Shown here piece after piece: positions 44,290-57,100 of a DNA stretch of 64,000 bases; within the stretch, counting starts at the first letter, position 1, and every line of letters starts with the position of its first letter. Origin of the DNA: Octopus sinensis (lineage: Eukaryota). Where the stretch lies: contig NC_043004.1 in assembly GCF_006345805.1 (NCBI RefSeq), positions 71,052,001-71,116,000 on the forward strand, given 5' to 3'. Below the pieces are notes generated by a model that had not been told where the DNA came from, did not search any database, and saw only the letters and a program-made list of their open reading frames with translations. The position numbers and the translations under genes were made by a program.

Positions 44290-46842
44290 ATGGATTTTTT
44301 TGAAAGAATTGGGGTCGGTGTAATAAATTTAAAGCAAAATTTCAGGTAAAAGAAAATTCAGTACCGGTTTGTAAACCGAAGTGTAATGTACAGTTTGCAA
44401 CAAGTGAAAAAGGAATTGGACAGAATGGAAAAATGGGAGTGATTCAAAAGATCGAATACTCAACAGTGTACGTAAAAAAAAATTGTATGTGTAGATTTCT
44501 CGACGGGATGAACCGACTGTTTAAAACAATATCACTACCAGTTGTCTAGCACAGAGGAAACCTCGAAACTAAACGGTGATAAATTGTTCTCGAAATTAGA
44601 TCATTCGGATGCCTACTTACAAATGCAAAGGGAAGACAAATGCACTAAGCTGTTATCAATTAATTCTCATAGAGTTCTATACAAATTTAATGGCTTCTCG
44701 TTTGATATAAAATTGAACCTACTATATTCCGACAAGTGATGGATGCGATGCTTGCAGAATGTGACTTCGCAATGGCCTACCTGAAAGATATATTTATTAA
44801 AAGTGAATCCCATGATCAGGTGTCGATCATATCGAATGTGTATATGAAAAAATAAGAGGTTACGCTTTCAAACTGGGTGAGAAGAAATGCGAATTGTTCT
44901 TGCCTAAAATTAAGTACTTAGGACAAATTATTAACAAGAACCTTCGTTGACCAAATCGGTCGAGGACAGATGCGATTAAAAATATGTCCCCTCCGACAAA
45001 TATATCTACCTGACAAGCTTTTGTTTTGGACTGGTAAACTATTATCAGGCTCTAGTGATTGATTTCGCTGTAAAGATATTTCATAGATTCTTACACGTCA
45101 GAAGGTGTCGACTACAGAGTGAAAATCGTCCGTTATTACCTATATATGGGTAGAAGAAAGGAATGCCTACCCATATTGCTAATAGGTTGCAACGCTGGGG
45201 TTACTGTATTACTAAATTTCGATTTTAAGATGAAATTTAATTCATCTAAAAATTTAGGACACGCTGATACTAAAAAATACTGAACCGTTTGAGGATACCG
45301 AGTTTGTAGCGATGCAGGCAGTGAGAGGAAATAAAAAATGTAATGTTGTATAAGAATTACTAGTTACATTAGAAGAAATTAAACTAAAAGCGGAAAATGA
45401 TGAATTTATTAAAATAATTAAAGGAATTCTGAGTCCTAGAAGAAAATATTATCTTTGCAGAACGCAACACGAATTCGAACTGTTTTGTGACAATGTGCTC
45501 ATGTGTGCTGAAAGAGCGGTAGTGCCGGCCACACTACAGAAACGAATGCTAAAAGAATTTTACATTAATAACCGACTTTTCAACAATGAAATCATTGATG
45601 AAAAGCTATGTGTATTGGCCAAGAATTGACCAAGTGAAGAATTAGTGAAAGCTTGCAGAGGCTGTACTCTAGCAGCAAAATTACCAATCATAAAATGGCT
45701 ACCATGGGTAAAAAACAGATACCCCATGGAACAGACTGCATGTTAATTTTGCAGATCGCCTTAACGGTTCACATTACCTTGATGTTGTAGACGGTGTTTC
45801 TAAGCGAATCGAGGTACCGAAGGGTAAAACACCGACATCCTCGATTACAGTACAATTTTACACAAATTGTTCGCCGGATATAGTATTCCTGATACCATTA
45901 TGTCTGACAATGGAACTCAGTTTACTGTAGAAGAGTTTAAAAGATTTTGTAAAATGTTCTCTTTCAAATATGTGATTGCCATATCATCCTTGGTCAAGTG
46001 GAAAAAGGAAGCGTCTTCTTGATACAGTTAAGAGGGCTTTGAAGAAAGTGAATGACAAAAATATGCATGACTTAGCACTTCAACAGTTTTTGAAAGTATA
46101 TCTAGTGACACCAAATTCCATTACTTTGTCTGGAGATAAATGTTCGCTATTCGACAAGTTGTTACCGGGTCAAAACAGAAAAATATCGGAAGAGAAAATT
46201 AAATCAAAATTTTTCAAAATTGGTAAGTTTTCTTTAAAATGTATAAAAACGGTGAAGGAAAGTGGTAAGACCATGTGATTAATAAACAGGATAAGGAAAG
46301 TGTATTTTTGGTAAAAGGTCTCAATTACGAGACATATAAATCAATTAAAATGGAAAAGTTTACTGAGGAAACGGTCTCAAGAAACGAAATCTCAATGGAA
46401 GTCTTTTTATATTACGTATGATGTACCAACACCTAAACAAATCTTCGAAACTACACGTTCAAGCATGAGAAAGCAAAACCGAACAGAAATATTTGAAATA
46501 GACCCTAAACGCAAAAGATATTTAGTTCCTCGTGGAATTAAATTCTCATAAAGAGGTGACGTTATGGCAGAATCTTGAACCCCACCCACGTAACTGAATG
46601 TGGACTAATCGATTACAATAAGAAGTGAGTGCGCTCGCAGCAGGTGGTTGCACGGTATTAGTCCGACCTTATTGCTTCCGGTGTTAGTTCGACGTGTAGC
46701 CATTTAACAGTCAGTTATTGATCAGTATGCATTGCGTTCTGTATTAAGTTATATCTTTCTGCGAAAATTTATCGTTAGATAGCCACAACCATTTATTTGT
46801 GTAATACCAATTTACACCAAACGTTATACTCAGGTCGTAATA
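44290..46842 (+). mobile_element. Degenerate Gypsy/Ty3 LTR retrotransposon (pol plus 3' LTR at ~46560-46842)
   Basis: RT FSKLDHSDAYLQM and AYLKDI (YLDD); integrase PWNRLHVNFA, IPDTIMSDNGTQF, PYHP; purine tract followed by (T)GTTATG...CGTAATA. Confidence 0.88.
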
Positions 46843-47027
46843 TTGTCCATAGAACATTTTCTATCCAACAGAGATTGTTCAACCCAATATTTATGGGCTT
46901 CAAGAACCACTATTCCAAAATAAAATGATTTCACATTCGAATGTTTTATGACTTCAACATCATTCAGATGTAGTGGTGTTTTTTATTTATCAATTTCATT
47001 TGTTTTTCTTTCATTTTCTTCCATCAG

Positions 47028-47180
47028 ATATATAACAACTCAGATTCATATCTGCAAGTAAAAGATAATGTAGACTTCATTTCATTACCAACGAGTTTGT
47101 CAAAACATCTGGAAACCGAAGATCAGTCTGCCCTCTCAAGGATTACGTTTTTCTCTATGCAGGATGATAAGCTATATAGG
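47028..47180 (+). CDS. Adhesion GPCR exon, GAIN domain
   Basis: TTTTCTTCCATCAG|...|GTATGG; 153 nt, phase 0-0; ...DFISLPTSLSKHLETEDQSALSRITFFSMQDDKLYR. Confidence 0.8.
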
Positions 47181-47578
47181 GTATGGAACCAAAACGCAAA
47201 TTTGTCTTTCTCCAGATGAATAAATGCTTGAATACTTCGTTGCCTTTCTAATAAGAATACTAACAGAACACAGATGCAAATGGCTATGTATATATACATA
47301 TGTATATATACATATGTATGTACGCATGTTTGTGCGTGGGTGTATAAAATTTATGATGTACATGCAAACTTTTCTTAAGCAACTCAAACTCAATGTGCTG
47401 AAAGAAGAGCTCGTTCGGTAATGACAAAACAGAATCATAAGACACCGGTGTTTTGGTGTGATTTAGTCTCCACAGACATGAGTAACTTCTGAATCGTTGC
47501 TCTAATATGGAAATCAGCAAATGTAACATTTGCTGATTAGTGCAAACCACACGCACATGCGCACACACACATATATTT

Positions 47579-47632
<54 letters not shown>

Positions 47633-47957
47633 TCTTATGCATATTTGAATATTCATTCATTTGAAGAAGGAGCTGGTTTCTCACGAAGATACACGGCTCT
47701 ATCGTTGGAAGGTAGATAACAGAAACAAATTTATATCTTTAGTGGTAAATTCAGTTGCACAACGTGATATGCAGTGAGAGAACACGTTATTTTCCGAGAG
47801 ATATACCAGCAGCCATTATGTTAACAATTTCTATTTAAAACAAATCATTCATTCTTTAGAGCAAGTACAACTGTTAGGTGTGATCTCATGCAATATATTG
47901 TAATATATATTGTATTAAGTTGTTGTACTGAGTAAGGTAATGCTCTCTAAGTACATC

Positions 47958-48855
47958 ACTAGCGTTTCGTTTCAAAAGATTTCAGGACTTTAATAGAAAA
48001 CATTACGTATTTACAAAAGTTTTAACATCATTTCCTTCGAAATAGTCACCTTCCGCAGCAATAAACAGGTTCTATCGCTCCTTCTATTTATGGAATCCAG
48101 TTAGGAAGTCGTTTTCCGTAAGCGAGTCAGGACCTTCTGTGATTCCCTCTGGATCTTGGCCACGCTCTTAAAACGGCAACATTTCTGCTAAATTTTCAGG
48201 TGCTGAATCTGGCGAATAGGGCAGATGTAGGAGCGATACAATGTTGTTTTTGGTGAGAAACTCACAAGTGAGGAGAGATCGGTGACAGGGTGCATTGTCG
48301 TCGTGAACAAACGAATTATTCACGCTCCAGAGATCTGGTCATTTTCATCAAATCTTCTCTTCCAAATGTTTCAAAGCATCGAAGTAGAACTTTCAACTGA
48401 CGGTCAGACCCTGGAGGATGGATTTTCAATGCACACTGTTACATTTCCGCGAGGTGCCACTCGTGAAAGGTCTTCCAGACCGCTCATCGTCTTCCAGGGA
48501 AATCCTCCCGCTTTTGAAGCACTCGTGACACTCTCCAAACTTTGCATATGGCTCATTGCCTCGTTTTCGTAGCCTTGTCGAATCATACTCAATGTTTCTG
48601 GAAAAGGCGTTGCAAACTTAACGCAAAATTTCCCGAGGGCTTTTTATTCTTGTCCATGACAAAGTCGCAGTCAACAGCATATACGTAATCCCCAAAGCAC
48701 AAATTTCACAACTTGCGAAGCAAACATAGTGATGTCACTAGGCACACTGTTTCATAAAGTTCACTACTTGCTCTCACTGCACACGGAACCGTGTGCTGCC
48801 ATCTGTTGGTGCGCTACAGAACTAGTCCGGAACTTTTTTTTATACAACCTAGGTA
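47958..48855 (-). mobile_element. Internally deleted mariner element in a GPCR intron
   Basis: FKSGRISLEDDERSGRP, HDDNAPCH, PYSPDSAP; degenerate TIRs ..AAAAGATTTCAGGACT / AGTCCGGAACTTTTTTTTATACAACCTAG. Confidence 0.8.
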
Positions 48856-48981
48856 ACACAAAATTCCAGTACCAAAGCAAATACTATGATTAACAGTAAT
48901 ATTATTGCTGCTAATATTCCTAACATTAAAGTAACCAACCTCGATGAACCAGTTAACATATCATTCAATTTAATAGATCAG
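48853..48981 (+). CDS. Adhesion GPCR exon, GAIN domain
   Basis: CCTAG|...CAG|GTAATA; 129 nt, phase 0-0; ...INSNIIAANIPNIKVTNLDEPVNISFNLIDQ. Confidence 0.82.
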
Positions 48982-49723
48982 GTAATAGCTATGTGTCTAT
49001 CATAACTGTGTTTTTTGTTGTTGCTAATGCTTCATTTCAAAGCCATATCTTATTCCTCCTGAAACATAGTACTAGTAGCAGCGGTAGCATTAGCAGCAGT
49101 AGTAGTAGTTGTGGTATTAGTAGTAGTTATTGTTGTTGCTGGTGTTGTAGCTGTTACCGTGTTGAGAGTTATAACTTTATGTTTATAATGTAAACGTTGT
49201 ATGATAATGGAGGCATTCTTTTTTCATTCCAAGCTTTAAGTTGTTTGTCTTGTATTTTCCTATCCACAACATAATGCTTTAATATCTTTCCGTATTGGCT
49301 TCATTCATTATGGCCGTGTAATTTAAGTGTGAATTATTCGGGCTTTCATATGGTGACCGTTGTTGCTCTTTATTTTCATGTTCTACCTGACCCAGTAAAT
49401 CTATGAAACACATCCCAAACATCAATATCTTATCAACTTGTATATCGTTAATTGTTTCTAGAACCGCATCATCCAATGTCTTCTTCCACTTTTATGGTGA
49501 ATACTGTATACTATGAGAATATACATAGATGTATAAATGAGGTAAAATGGTCAGTTAAGCAATGCCACAGCCAATGATGTTGGATTCCCAATGCCAAAAG
49601 CAATCAAAACGTTGTTTGCTATGATGTTTTCACGTTTTGATAACGTAATTAACAAATACGCATTCCATGTATTTTAATGACAAGCTAATTTGATTAAATT
49701 ATCAGAATGTATTTTTTTTTCAG

Positions 49724-49872
49724 AATGCCACCAACCCACAGTGTGTTTATTGGGATGAATCTCCTGGACAGATTCCCAAATGGTCACCCAAAGGCTGTAA
49801 TGTATCCAAGTATGAACCTGGACAGAAAGCACTTGTTCCTGTGACCATCTGACAAGTTTTGCCCTACTAATG
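49724..49872 (+). CDS. Adhesion GPCR GPS exon (1-nt frameshift at ~49833 as assembled)
   Basis: TTTTTCAG|NATNPQCVYWDE..WSPKGC, then in a shifted frame CSCDHLTSFALLM|GTTGGT; 149 nt where 150 is needed. Confidence 0.88.
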
Positions 49873-49999
49873 GTTGGTAACATTATGACAGCTTGTTAAT
49901 TACATTTAATTAGACTGTTTGTGTCTATGTATTAATAATTTTCACGCACACTAAACTTTCTGTTCATGGATATTTTGGTAAATATGTAAAGTTTAAGGT

Positions 50000-50355
50000 T
50001 AATAGTAAATTTGTGGGTTATTTACATTATCTACATTTGACGGATCTTGTTTGTTGTTAACACAAAGTTTCGGCTGATATACCCTCCAGACTTCATCAAG
50101 TTTCTTGTGGAAATTTCGGACCCGGGTTCTAATTCCTAAGGTATTTTTCGATGTTATTATTAGCTTTGAGTCTCTACATCTACACAGGAAATTTAGATAG
50201 TTTGAAAGATGAGCAAGTTTTTGATGGAGCTTCTCTATATGTCTCCATTGAAGTCTAATGTCAGCTCCGTACCGATTAGATAATACAGTTCTTTCCAACG
50301 TAAATAATGTAAATGATGTACATAATTCCTCATCTCTTAAATATAGAACTGTAAA
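50000..50355 (-). mobile_element. Penelope-like element fragment (ORF N-terminus and decayed hammerhead at 50059-50104)
   Basis: YGADIRLQWRHIEKLHQKLAHLSNYLNFLCRCRDSKL resembles PLE ORF starts; TTGATGA..CAGCC-GAAAC. Confidence 0.6.
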
Positions 50356-50967
50356 TATGTGGGGTTGAAATATTGTAAAAAGTCGTTGTTGTTCTTGTTG
50401 CTATAACTGTTGTTTATTAGTTTAAACTTCGGGTGGCGCCCTTTAAATGTACCAAGCTACCATCATCAACAAAATACATGAGAATTCCTTCATCATTGAT
50501 GTGAAGAAAAATTGAGAGAGATAGTCACTTGTCCTGGCTTGAAAATTTATTGTGTTGAAACCATCTGAATGGTAGTTTAGGTGATAAAGACATATTTAAA
50601 ATAGGAAAATCCTCCGTAGCACAATAAGCATGCTTCCATCTTAGTTGCTAAACCCTTGGTCTTTTCATGATTCGGTTACAAGATCTCTCCTCTCATTAAT
50701 GAGATTTCTTCTACTGATATTTTTATTTTTTATATCCATATTGCACATGTGTTCAGTACTTGTTACTTATACAAAACTTCTGCTAACCACAAAAATAAAA
50801 TATGCGCCTGTCTATGGCACAACTTTTAGCCTACATGATACGTGTTAATACTGTAGTTCTCGCCTTCAGCATCAACATCTTTTACACTCACAATTTATAT
50901 AATTATTGACCGACATAGAAAGAAATGGTAGGAAGAATTAATACGTTGTTGTTTGTTTCTGTTGCAG

Positions 50968-51083
50968 AATGTCTACCCGAAACCGGTAGTAAATATTCAC
51001 CCCTTATCTATGACATCTTATATTGGCTGCGGAATATCATTTGTCTGCCTCATTCTTACAATAATAATTCATGTTTGTTCCAA
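50968..51083 (+). CDS. Adhesion GPCR TM1 exon
   Basis: TTGCAG|NVYPKPVVNIHPLSMTSYIGCGISFVCLILTIIIHVCS|GTAAGA; phase 0-2. Confidence 0.9.
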
Positions 51084-52082
51084 GTAAGAATTTCAGTTGT
51101 TTCTATTTTCTTTTATAATCTGTTTAAATACGCGACATCCATCAGTTTATGGGATTCTGATAGACTGGTAAAATCGAAGTGGTTGATATCTGCAAGAAAA
51201 ACCATGGATGAGGAGAGAATTCCCGAACGTTGTCACTCCCATGGGTGATTGATTGAAGAAATATTTTAGGGCAAATTTGTGTCCCACATTAAGGGTGATA
51301 AAAAAAAAGCAAGAACGGTTAGGGAGCATTATCCTGTGTTTCAGTAGAGTTAGGTTATAGCTTGATAATTTAGAAAATTATTGACGAATATAGTAGTTAC
51401 AGTAGTGCATCTATCTTTACTATTACTAAAATACCAGTCTGTGTTTTTTATTCTGTTTGTTATTGAGCAGGTTGTGGTAATGTGTTGGTGAGTTAACATT
51501 TGCCATTCAACCAAATGAACTAGTTTTCGGTCTGATTGAGAATCCATGTGTGTGTGTGTATATATATACATACATCCGTCTACATACATCCCTACCTACC
51601 TACCTACATACATACATACATTTATACATACATATGTACATACATATATACATACATGCATATATACATTTATGCATACATACATTCAAACATACATATG
51701 AAAATACAATCATGCATACACATATCACATATACAATTATTCATTCATACATAACTACATACATAACATCATCCCGTATGCAATAATATTTACATATATT
51801 CATACATACAAAGACACAGAAAGTTAAGAAAAGCCCCTTGGGCCTTGTACTGAGCCAGCGCTATCACTATTCATAATAACAGACTCGCAAAACCCTCCTG
51901 CAAGACTATGACACGGTGCTTTGTAAATGAATCCTTAATATATATATATACAGAGCAAAAATTTAGATTCAGAAGAATATGGTTCTTAAGTTGAGGCACC
52001 AGAATTTAGTACGGTATTATCCATACAGTTTCAAAGTGAAGTGATTGCAATCAAAATAAACAACAAGGATATCCAAAGGTAA

Positions 52083-52169
52083 TGCAGTACGACCGTTTCA
52101 TGCAACTCTATTTAATTGAACAATGTAATCATTACATCAATTTAAAATGCAGTGCAATCTTCAGCTGCA
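52083..52169 (-). ncRNA. Type I hammerhead ribozyme motif, GUA site
   Basis: Minus strand: TGCAG-CTGAAGA-tTGCA..TGCAt-GAAAC-GGTC-GTA-CTGCA. Confidence 0.7.
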
Positions 52170-52413
52170 CAGAGACATAGAATTTAATTAAAACAGATTT
52201 TGTACATAGCGTTGCTGTCAATGCACAAACAACGTATATAACATATATGTGTTTGTGTGCAACATTCCATTCTGCGTTTAACGTATCATCACATGTTCGT
52301 TGACTGCAAGAAATTGCTATCGTAACCAGCGAAACTTGCTCAATGAGTCAAGAAACGATACAGATAGTGTTTTATATTTCATTCAGATCATTATACCAAT
52401 ATTTTACACACAA

Positions 52414-52460
<47 letters not shown>

Positions 52461-52596
52461 GTATGTACTCTTTCACCACTCTTTCTTCTGTTGGCCTGCT
52501 CGTTTACCAGCGGGGTGGCGTCATTTGAAGGCTAAAACAATGCGAACGCATTGTGACCAGCGATGTGCAGCAACATCTGATGGTCTGATCGGTCAC

Positions 52597-52642
<46 letters not shown>

Positions 52643-52901
52643 ACTTGGTGAAATTAATGATTATTCCAAATTAATTAATTTTACCCTATATTATTACTGA
52701 TAACCATATTTCATCCCAGTAAATGACCACAACATCTTGTCTTGGCTGCACGCTGGTGGGAGGGGGTTGGTGACACAAACTTTCATTCACACTTTGAATT
52801 TGGTGATACTGGTAACGGCTTTAGCTCGCTCTGATACTGAGTTGAGATGATGTCTTCTAGTACCTCGAAATTTAATATACAATTATTCATAATTGTAGTG
52901 T

Positions 52902-52992
52902 CCTACGCTGATGAGAAAAAAAGTTGGGTAAGACATAATTATCCAATTCTTATGCTTTCCTAAAACTTAATTTCGAAACGTACGTCCGTAGG
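52902..52992 (+). ncRNA. Type I hammerhead ribozyme, GUC site, intronic and sense to the GPCR
   Basis: CCTACG-CTGATGA-GAAA..TTTC-GAAAC-GTAC-GTC-CGTAGG; lies in a ~540-bp insert between (TA)n tracts (~52640-53180). Confidence 0.85.
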
Positions 52993-53178
52993 TGACTTAA
53001 TATTGTATGATCGATTGTCGTCATTTCTTTCTCTCTTGCCTGTCTGTGTTTGCCTTTCAAGTGCTGTGGTTTTACTGAGATCTCCCTTTTAGTAGAAAGA
53101 ATAGCTATAACTCTTTGACTGCTATTTCTAAATTCGGTGTGTGGTGAGGCAAATCGTTGCTAAACACGTAATTACTTA

Positions 53179-53219
<41 letters not shown>

Positions 53220-53342
53220 TTTAATATACCGTTTATATTCAAATAATCATCATACACACAATCGTAGTTATTATTTACATACTGAGAAGTTTTTCAGCTA
53301 TATTTCATTGCATTATTTTTATTCATTTTTGGATTATTTCAG

Positions 53343-53466
53343 AAATCTACGGAAATCAACGGCTTCAAAGATTTTAATAAACTTGTGCGCTTCTTTGGCT
53401 ATCACTAATTTGATCTTTCTTGTTGGGATGCAACCGTATACCTCAAAAATAACAGCTGCTTGTAAG
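53343..53466 (+). CDS. Adhesion GPCR ICL1-TM2-ECL1 exon
   Basis: TTTCAG|(K)NLRKSTASKILINLCASLAITNLIFLVGMQPYTSKITAACK|GTAAGT; phase 2-0 matches the previous exon. Confidence 0.9.
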
Positions 53467-54110
53467 GTAAGTGACAACATATTTTACCCAGTAGTATGTA
53501 TTTTGTTTTATATGAAACATTACAAACAAACTTAAATAGATTTCATCCAGTAACAGCCTAGGCAGCAGCTCTATTCAAATGCGTCCAACGTCATCAAATA
53601 CTACATTTAATGTTGGCGTTTTTCGTCCTTGTATTCTTTCATTTGACCAATGCTTTATTTTCAGATGATGACAACAAGTTTTATGGTCAGAAATAACAAA
53701 TAATGAGTAATCAAATTTTAATTCGTCAAACTATATTTTGCATAACATTTTCCGTAATTCCCATCGCCTTTATATTAAACGAGTAGCCCACTTCACTTGT
53801 CTATGCTAGCTTTCTGTTCAATTTGAATTTTATTATATCCGATTGAGCCCTTACTATCTGATTGAACAATTTTTAGGGAGAAGGGTTTAATTGATACCAT
53901 CGACCCCAATACTTGACTAGTGCTTGAATTTATCGATCTAAAGAGATGCAAGGCAAAATTGACTCATCACTCTAGAGTTCAGCTGTACCTCTCATCATTG
54001 GGGTTGAATATATCGACTAATATTGTTTCTAAAAATTGCCAGACTTGTAATGAAACAGGAAAGAAATATTATTGTTGTCGTTGTTGTTTCTTCTTCTTCT
54101 TCTTCTTCTT

Positions 54111-54141
<31 letters not shown>

Positions 54142-54144
54142 TTC

Positions 54145-54176
<32 letters not shown>

Positions 54177-54189
54177 GTTATTACTTTTT

Positions 54190-57100
54190 TTTTCTTCTTT
54201 CAAATTTGCTTCCATTTCTTGCCGAGTGTCTTCCCGACTCCTAGGGCAAAGAAACTCATAGTATACATTGGTAGGCCATTAAACCAAACTCAATAGTTCG
54301 TTCATTTTTTTTTTTTTTAAGTTAAATTAAAATACATGAGCAGCAACAGTTCTCACATCGACAATGCTCTTCTCAATACGTGTGATGTACCAGTTAAGAC
54401 AATCTTTTGCACTTCTTGCAGGGATGGTAAGCCAGTGATCATTCTCGTATAATTTTCGGTTCCCTTCTTGATCATTCCTAGTGCTCCTACGATCACTGGT
54501 ATTGTAACCGCCTTGAGATGCCACATTTTCTCAATTTCAATGAGTAGGTCTTTATATTTTCTGAGCTTGTCAAACTCTTTCGCTGAGATATTATGATCAC
54601 AGGGGATGCTCATGTCGATCAATAAGCAAACTTTATTGTTTTGGTCTTTCACAACAATATCTGGTTTATTGGCCTTGATGGTTCGGTCTGTATGTACTGG
54701 AAAGTCCCACAGAATGGTTACATTTTCTCCTTCAGTTACAGCCTCAGGGTGGTGATTATACCACTTGTCGGCAGTTTTGATATTGTAATGCCGACTTATT
54801 AGCCAGTTAGATATTGGCCAACTCTGTCATGTCTTAATTTATACTCCACTGGTGCTAAGACTTTACATCCAGAGATTAGATGGTCCACTGTTTCAATCAT
54901 GTCGTTGCAGAATCGGCATTTTGGGTCTGCTCCATTTTTCATCACATTGGCCTGGTAGTTCCGGGTTAATAGGCTTTGATCTTGAGCAGCCAGGATGAAA
55001 CCTTCGCTCTCTGCTTTTAGCCCTGAGCTCCGTAGCCACTGATGGGTTTGCTTCTGGTCAACATCAGCTTGTTTGCTGCGGGTCACATATTTGCCGTGCA
55101 GAGGTTTCTCCTCCCACCTATCAGCCAATTGCTCGTGCGCTTTTTTTGTTGCCATCATTTTCACCTTCTTTGCAACAATAGTTGCCGTACTTCCCTCGGG
55201 TTGTTCAGTTTGGGTATCCTGCACGAGATCAATAGCAAATTTTTTGCTTTCCTTGATGATAGAATGAAGCTTCTTTCGTCTCTCGTGATTTTCCACGAGC
55301 TTTAGCATCCAGTCATTCGATATTTCGAGATATTTGGCCAGTCCAATTGTGGTTGCTTTGTAAGCTAGTTCAAATTGGATCAGGCCTCGACCTCCTTGGG
55401 CTCTGGGAAGGTAAAGGCGATCTACGTCTGCCTTTGGGTGGTGCATCCTATTACAACTCAGCAGCTTGCGTACTTTCCTATCTATATTCTTTACTTCACT
55501 CATATTCCAGTTCAACACATTGTAGCTATAAGTAACAACTGGAACTGCTAAGGAAGTTATAGCTAACACCTTGTTACGTGCATTTAGTTCAGATTTCAGG
55601 ACTGCACGAACTCTCCTATAACATTCCTTCCTGATCTTCTCTTTCATGCTTGCATGCTGAATACCAGAGCCTTCATTTATCCCTAAATATTTGTATGTTT
55701 GTTCTTGCTCAAGCTCTCTTATGACTGCGTCAACATCTAACACGACTGAATTTGTGGTCTTCACTTTCCCTTTCTGGGAAGTGGCCTTGGCACACTTCTC
55801 AAGTCCAAACTCCATCCCGATGTCATCGCTGAATGCTTTCACGGTGCGCAATAGGCCTTCAAGTTCATTATTGTCTTTACCATAAAGTTTTAAGTCATCC
55901 ATATAAAATAGATGGCTTATTTTTTTATTGGCAATTTTATACCCATACCCTGTTCTGTTTAATTCACTTGTAAGGGGTATTAGGGTTATGCAGAATATTA
56001 AAGGTGAAAGTGAGTCACCTTGAAAAATTCCACAGTTGATGTTTATATTTTCTGAGGCAAGTACTCCATTAGAGTGGTATAATTGGAGAATCGTATTCCA
56101 CAACGACATATTGTGCTTGAGGAAGTTTGAAATCACAGGGGAAATTTTGAAGATGTCCAGCGATCTCAAGATCCATGGATGCGGTATACTGTCGAAGGCC
56201 TTTTTATAGTCAATCCATGCGGTGCTGAGATTTCTGCGCTTGTTGTGACAGTTCTCAAGGATCATACGATTGATTAGCAGTTGATCTTCGTATCCGTAAG
56301 AGCCTCGGCGGCACCCTTTTTGTTCGATGGGGAAAATATCGTTCTTCTCCATGAATGCATATGTTTTCTCCGCCAGGATAGATGTTAGGATTTTATACGT
56401 GGTGGATAGACAGGTTATAGGCCGATAGTTTTTGGAAGGTTGGTTTCGTTATTCTTTGGGAGTAGGTAAGTAATGCCACTTGCTAACCATTCTGGTGTTT
56501 TCTTTGGGTCTTTTCATAATTCCATTGAGCAGCTGAATTAGCTTACCGTGTGCGCATGGGAGCGATGCGAGCCAGAAATTCGGCACCCTATCTTTACCGA
56601 GGGATTTCCTATCATGGGCCTTCGTGAGTGCCTTTCTTAGGTCTGCTATTGTGATGTCTTCCCATGCTTGTTGTTGTAAATTTTGGTAGGATCCTTCAGT
56701 TTGTATAATCCAGTCTGCATTTATGTTGTACGTCTTCTTGTCACTCCAAATCCTTTTCCAAAAGTTTTGAACTTCTTCCATGGGAGGGGGATCTTTAACG
56801 GTTACTTTCTCCTTCCCTATTTCTCTGTAGAATCTTTTGGCATTGGATGTGAACTGCTTATTTTGCTTGTAAAACTTGTTTCTCTTATCAAATCTTCGTA
56901 TTCTTTGGGCTTTTGCTTGGACTTTTTGTTTCAGCGTTTCTTTTATTGATATCAGTTCTTTTATTGATATCAGATCCAAATTTTCTCTTCATCTTTCTTC
57001 CTGTTCTGGATCTTACATCATTTCCACATATTAGTTCATTTAATATTGATATTTCCCCTCTCATAAATTCAATCTCTTTTTCAATTTTACTTCTCCAGGT

